This document shows positions 58,921 to 64,000 of a stretch of 64,000 bases of DNA, in pieces. Origin of the DNA: Eutreptiella sp. 'Long Island Sound 2002' (Eukaryota; Protista; Euglenida); contig OZ038378.1 of the NCBI GenBank assembly GCA_964036045.1, positions 1,054,001-1,118,000 on the forward strand, read 5' to 3'. The translations under genes and the position numbers were made by a program. Numbering within the stretch: the first letter of the stretch is position 1; every line of letters starts with the position of its first letter. The notes below the pieces were generated by a model that did no database searches, was not told where the DNA came from, and worked only from the letters and a program-made list of their open reading frames with translations.

Positions 58921-61900
58921 ACCCTCCAATGTGGAGAAGAAGGCTGTGAACTGATTATCTTCAATAGCACCAGAAAGTTAACAAATCCGTGGGAGTGGGG
59001 AGGGAGGAATGATACCCAACCCTTGCCGTCTCGGGGGCCCAAAAATAGGCGATGGCTACATAACCCTTGCCTTCTCGGGGGTCCCCAAAACCCAAAAAGG
59101 GGGACAAAATCAGAAGTGGCTCCTCACCCATGCCTTCTCAGGGGCCCACGTGTAGGCAAATAGGCTGCACAACTCCTGCCTTCTCATGGGCCCCCAACGC
59201 GGGGACAAAACAAGCCAGGGTGGACCTAGGGCTCAAGGGGGATCCTCAACAAAAAAACGGTTGTTCCTAAATGACGCCCCTATTGAGTGAAGGGTGCAGG
59301 GGGGTTGTGCCCTTTGGTACTAAGCCCATCACCTCAATGATGTCTCCCAAATACTCGCCGAATGTGGCTCACTAGACGTGCCACGGCTTGGGGACTACTC
59401 ATCCTAGCAACCGGTGGTTGTGAGTGTCCGCTCCCACTCCTTGCAGGAATCTCTTAGGCCTTACTTGTTGGCCCCCGGCCTGTACTCCTAGTTAGTGGAC
59501 CCGGCTAGAAGGCAGTGCATGATCATAAGCGGTGCATGATCATAGGCATCTACTAGGGTGTTCCCATGTTGTTCGCGCAACGCGTATAAGGAGGGACCAC
59601 CAGCCAATCATCCGGGATGGATTTCAGAGGTGTCTCCCTTTTTGTGTACCATCCCTATCCCATTTTGTTTGCATGGTGCAATCCACAAGGCATTGTCAAT
59701 CGCATATGTGGGGCTCCCCCACTATTGTTCATTGTGTTGTGGCAACATGTACCCTAGCGACATGCACCCTTGCTGGACATATGGCAGAGACACATCGGCT
59801 CCTATTTTGTAGGCCATGGGGTAACTGTCTCGGAGCTGCCATCTTATATACAAGGACATTGTGGATGGGGGAGGGCCCCTCCGTGGCTGCGGGGGAGAGG
59901 GTTGTGCTCTTCCTGGGGGGGGGGGGGTGCTAGAGGCGGCTGCTGATGGTGGTACGGGGGCATATTGCTACAGAAGCGTGGGCGGGAACTGCCTATTTGG
60001 GGGGGCTGGCGTTTGTGTGCTGCAGTGATGGCCTTGTGTGTTGCCCCGGGTTGCAACCCCACCCCCAATCGGCCATCATGTCAGAGCCCAGGTTGTCGGG
60101 GAACGGATCCATAGGGACAGTGGCCATTGTAGATGCTGCTGGTCGGGGGTCTTGGTGCATGTGTGCTATAGGGGCCGGGGGATAGGGTTAGTGCTAACAT
60201 TCATACCGTACAGTGGTGGTGGTGTATGCAGGCACTGGTATCAGGTCAAGCGACTTTAAGCTTTGGCTTCACCGCAGGCATTGACCCAGCATCTCACCTG
60301 CAGTGTCCATTGTGGGGTGTATCAGTGATAGCCCCTATTACACCGTTGAGATGTTTTGCTATCGTGAGGCCAGTCAGCTCCATGGTTGTTCCTACGCGGT
60401 AAAGTTCTATGTGTAGGGACCCAAACAGGGGGGGGGGGGGGGCAATAGCAGCACTTGGGAACGATGCCCTAGGGATCTCATGCGCCATATTGGGCAGGGT
60501 TTCCTGCCAGTGTCGTTCCAGGTCAGCACCAGGTGCACCAAACACAACACAATGCGGGTTCTGCGACCTTCCCTGAACACAGCGCCAGCCCCTTTGCAGC
60601 AGACACTGAAAACCGATGTTCCACCTGTTATTCATGGCTGTTATTCATGGGACAAGTACCAGGGAGGGCCCACGTGAAGCTGGACCTCCAGTGCACGAGA
60701 GTGTCCAGGAGGGCAAGAGCCTCCGTGGCTCATGCAGTGAATCTGCGTTCTAAATGCGCTTGACAAAAGAAAGCAACGAAACTAAGGGCACTATGACATT
60801 CTTCTTTACCCCAACACATTGATTGTCCCACTGTGTGTCCGCCGGAGCATGAAACATGGCAGTCCAACGGTGTGGACCAGCCCGTGCTTCTTCCTCTTGG
60901 CCTTGGTTAGGAAGTTCAAAACGCGTTTGCAGCCTGGTCTTGCCCCTGTCACCCCAACAGGCAGGGGAGGGTTGTGCTACAGTCAGCAAATGCCATGCCT
61001 CCTCCCAGTATGAGCCCCATACCCAGGCCCATTTGCGTCACCGGTCATGACAGCAGATGAACCTGAAAATCGGTTAACAACGTCAGCTGTTGTCAAAAAA
61101 GCGCCCCCTTGAGACCCGGCCCACAAATCGCCTCTCCATCCCAGGTCACGTCACATGACATTGACAGCAAACACTGGTAGGCGCAGTGGGCTGTCCTTGA
61201 CCTACCAGCACTGCCTGCACGTCTAGTCTATATAAATAAAAATCCCCCAGAGCGTCATGTGCACATTGGCATGGCCGGAGGCCTTGATCCGGAACCCAAG
61301 ATGGGCGTTCGGCCAACAGAAAGGTGCAGGGGCATGGACGGGCCCGTGGCCAATCCGGGTGCCACCGCCGATGTACAAAAGCAGGGACACGTGCGGGGGG
61401 TGCCGCCGCGGCAGCACTGCGGGACAGAAGGCTGCTCCAATCGTCCAGTCCCCTCCAGCCGCAACACGCACCTCCATGACCCCCCGACGTACGTAATTCA
61501 GACAAGACCCCCACTGGAGTAGCAACCCGCAGAAAAAATTTCCATATCACTTGCCGATGGCCCGGCAGAAAACCAGCGCAGCACCTCTCGGCCCTTTTCA
61601 AAAGAAGTGCACAGCGCCCAGGCATTGGGGATGCCGCGAGCACCAGAACGTCCAACGTGTGCACGTCCAATTCAGGGAGAGAAAACATCGGCATTGAGGA
61701 AAGCACCTGCCATGACCACCACGAAGGTGCGGAGGTCCGAAGGTGCATCCGATGCTGATCCCCGGACTCCAGCGCCTTTTGCCGACATCATCACCCACGC
61801 AGCAACCGATTCCATCAGCAGCAACCCCCCCACCTGGCCCCTGCGGTAGCCCCTGGACCAGGCCACAATGATCCCTCGCTCACGCACTCACCCGATGGGA

Positions 61901-63133
61901 GCCACCGGGCGTAGCAAGCCCCCGTCCCCCGCAAATGACGCCCCGTTGCCCTCAAAACGCCGGAGCGGACCGGAGGGGGGTCGGTCAGCGGGTTAGACAC
62001 TGCGCAAATGGTCGCCTTCGGAGTCAGACAGCGGATAGGGGCAGGCGTGAGACACCGACCTGGTTTGCATGGAAGGGCACCTCCTGCGCGCTTGGGCGCT
62101 GCGGGTAGCCCCAGGCTCCTCACAAAAGCAACAGGGGACCAGGCGCGGGCGCACCCACGGACGCGCACGCGGGCACAACACGCACACGACGCACATGCGG
62201 GAGACGGACGCGGGTGCACATCGCATCGGATTGTGGGTGCGGACTGTCGAGGAGGCCACGAATCAGAACGCTTGTGTTTACTGCACACAAACCCCAACAG
62301 CCACGGACGACCGCAGCAAAAACGGCGGGCAGCGCGGTACGAGAGGCCAACGAAGACCCAAGGGCCGACGGCGCCTCGATCCCAAACAAACGCGACAAAC
62401 CCACGCGCGCGCGCAACACACAGCACACAAACACACGATAAGAATCGCAAGAAATGCAATTGAAGCCAGAAAAGCGGTCGCACACACGCGCGCGCAGGCA
62501 CGCACCATGGAAAAGGCAGGGGCCACAGCAAACCAGCAAAACACCCGGGCACGCGCCTGCGCACCCGCACACGCAAACCGACAAAGGGTCAACGGAGGTC
62601 CTGTTGGCGGATGCCCTCGACCATCCACGACAACAACACCCGCATACGCGCACTGTGCGCCGGCAGACATCCGCCGCCAGCCCACCAAACGAACAGACCC
62701 GCCACAGGCCTGGCCCCTCGTGCATGCGGCACCACACGTGCGCGCGCGCGCCCCCTCACAGCTGTCAGGGCGCTGCCCCTGGTCGGCATGGAACACGGCT
62801 CTCCGCGGGCCCCGTGGTGTGCACGCGTGCAGGCGGGCGCGCGGATTGAACACAGGCGCGCGGTATGCATGAGCCTCCTGGGGCATGTCCACGCTCACGC
62901 ACGGCGGTCTGGCACCGAAATGAACTGTGCGTGCCCAACCCCGGCCGAGTGCCTTAGGGCATACTTACCAGGGCTGTCCGCGATGAAACCTACTGCAAAC
63001 CGCCAAAAACTGCCGAAACCCCGGCCTCAACGAAGCGCCTGCCAGACAAGTAACTGCCATCGGTTAACGGCATCGCCCACCCTCCAGACCGCACAGAAGG
63101 CCCAGCACAGTCCTCGGAAACAGAGGCAAACTC

Positions 63134-63276
63134 TCAGTCCTGAAACGTGCGGCTCTCAAAGGCGGGGCTGGTGGGGGATTTCTTTGGCTTCAGCTTCTTC
63201 AAAGTACTGCAGTGCAGACAGGCCGATTTCACGCCGTAGGACGCCAGAAAGTCTCTCACATCGAAACGCTCGATAC
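63134..63276 (-). CDS. Putative terminal exon of an unidentified gene extending toward or beyond the window end
   Basis: ccctccgcag|(G)IERFDVRDFLASYGVKSACLHCSTLKKLKPKKSPTSPAFESRTFQD-TGA. Good acceptor and protein-like composition; no family recognised. Confidence 0.4.
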
Positions 63277-63334
63277 CTGCGGAGGGCACGTGATCCGTTG
63301 GGATGTGGGTATCACTGACAGGGGCTGGAGCGGA

Positions 63335-63550
63335 GGTGTGGAGGGGTAGTGGAGGGATGTGCAGGGTTGTGGAGAGGTGTGGAGGGGTGTGGAGGGGTGT
63401 GCAGGGGTGTGCAGGGATGTGGAGGGATGTGGAGGGGTGTGAAGGGGTGTGGAGAGGTGTGCAGGGGTGTGCAGGGGTGTGCAGGGGTGGAGGGATTCGG
63501 AGCGATGTGCGGGGGTGTGGAGGGATGTGGAGGAATGTGGAGGGGTGTGG
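63335..63550 (+). repeat. 10-bp-period minisatellite (GTG(G/C)AGGG(G/A)T)
   Basis: About 20 degenerate units; they explain the TPLH/GGVW repeat ORFs. Confidence 0.9.
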
Positions 63551-64000
63551 CAGGGGCGTGCAGCAACGCGACGCTGAAGAAGGCGCGCCCATGAAGACGG
63601 GTTGGTGACCATGCAGCACAACGGGTGTCAAGGGCCCTGTCTTCTGCGTGACCTGCTTGTGTGTGCGGGGGAAAGATCAGGTGTGGACCCGCCAGTGTTG
63701 CTGCGGCCGCGGAGCCTTCACTTCAATCTCCATTCGAAGCAGTGCCGGATCAAGGTCGTTCAGCCTCCGCCCAAATGGTCTGTTGGAGCTGGTCCCTAGC
63801 CTCTGTGGCTGGGGTGCGGTGTGGGGGGGGCGGGGGGGTTGAAGCATGACGCCTGGGAGGATTGCTGTCTGCAGCCGACGGCGCCTACTGGCCTGTCGCC
63901 ACTGACCCCTATCCTTTCCTTGAACCCTTTCCCTCCGGAGCTGGCGGTGCCCATTGGCGTCTCGCCATCAAAATGATCCTTCTCCTTACCTCACTGAACC

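Overview
Repeat-rich eukaryotic genomic DNA with GT-AG introns, microsatellites and short interstitial TTAGGG runs. A euglenozoan/euglenid-like host is my inference only. Two host genes are well supported, both on the minus strand. (1) A 10-exon, 409-aa class A flavodiiron protein (FprA/ROO-like O2/NO reductase), which I assembled exon by exon from 52872 to 37292. (2) An intronless, multi-TM hybrid histidine kinase-receiver with atypical H and G1 boxes (23093-~25429). The most unusual object is a 9.3-kb APE-type non-LTR retrotransposon (2175-11509, minus). It has a perfect 21-bp TSD and sits in the catalytic-Asp region of a PIF/Harbinger transposon relic. It combines a UAAUG stop-start coupling of ORF1 to ORF2, a ~750-aa non-enzymatic N-terminal extension ending in a 2A/StopGo-like GDVHPNPGP just before the APE domain, a -1 frame open along all of ORF1, and a 124-aa insertion in the RT palm. 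This copy carries three in-frame TAGs and one frameshift. The rest is decayed mobile DNA (RNase H, PLE-like and DIRS-like RT relics, tRNA-derived SINE-like units), dispersed repeats and minisatellites. All calls come from reading motifs by eye; no database search was run.
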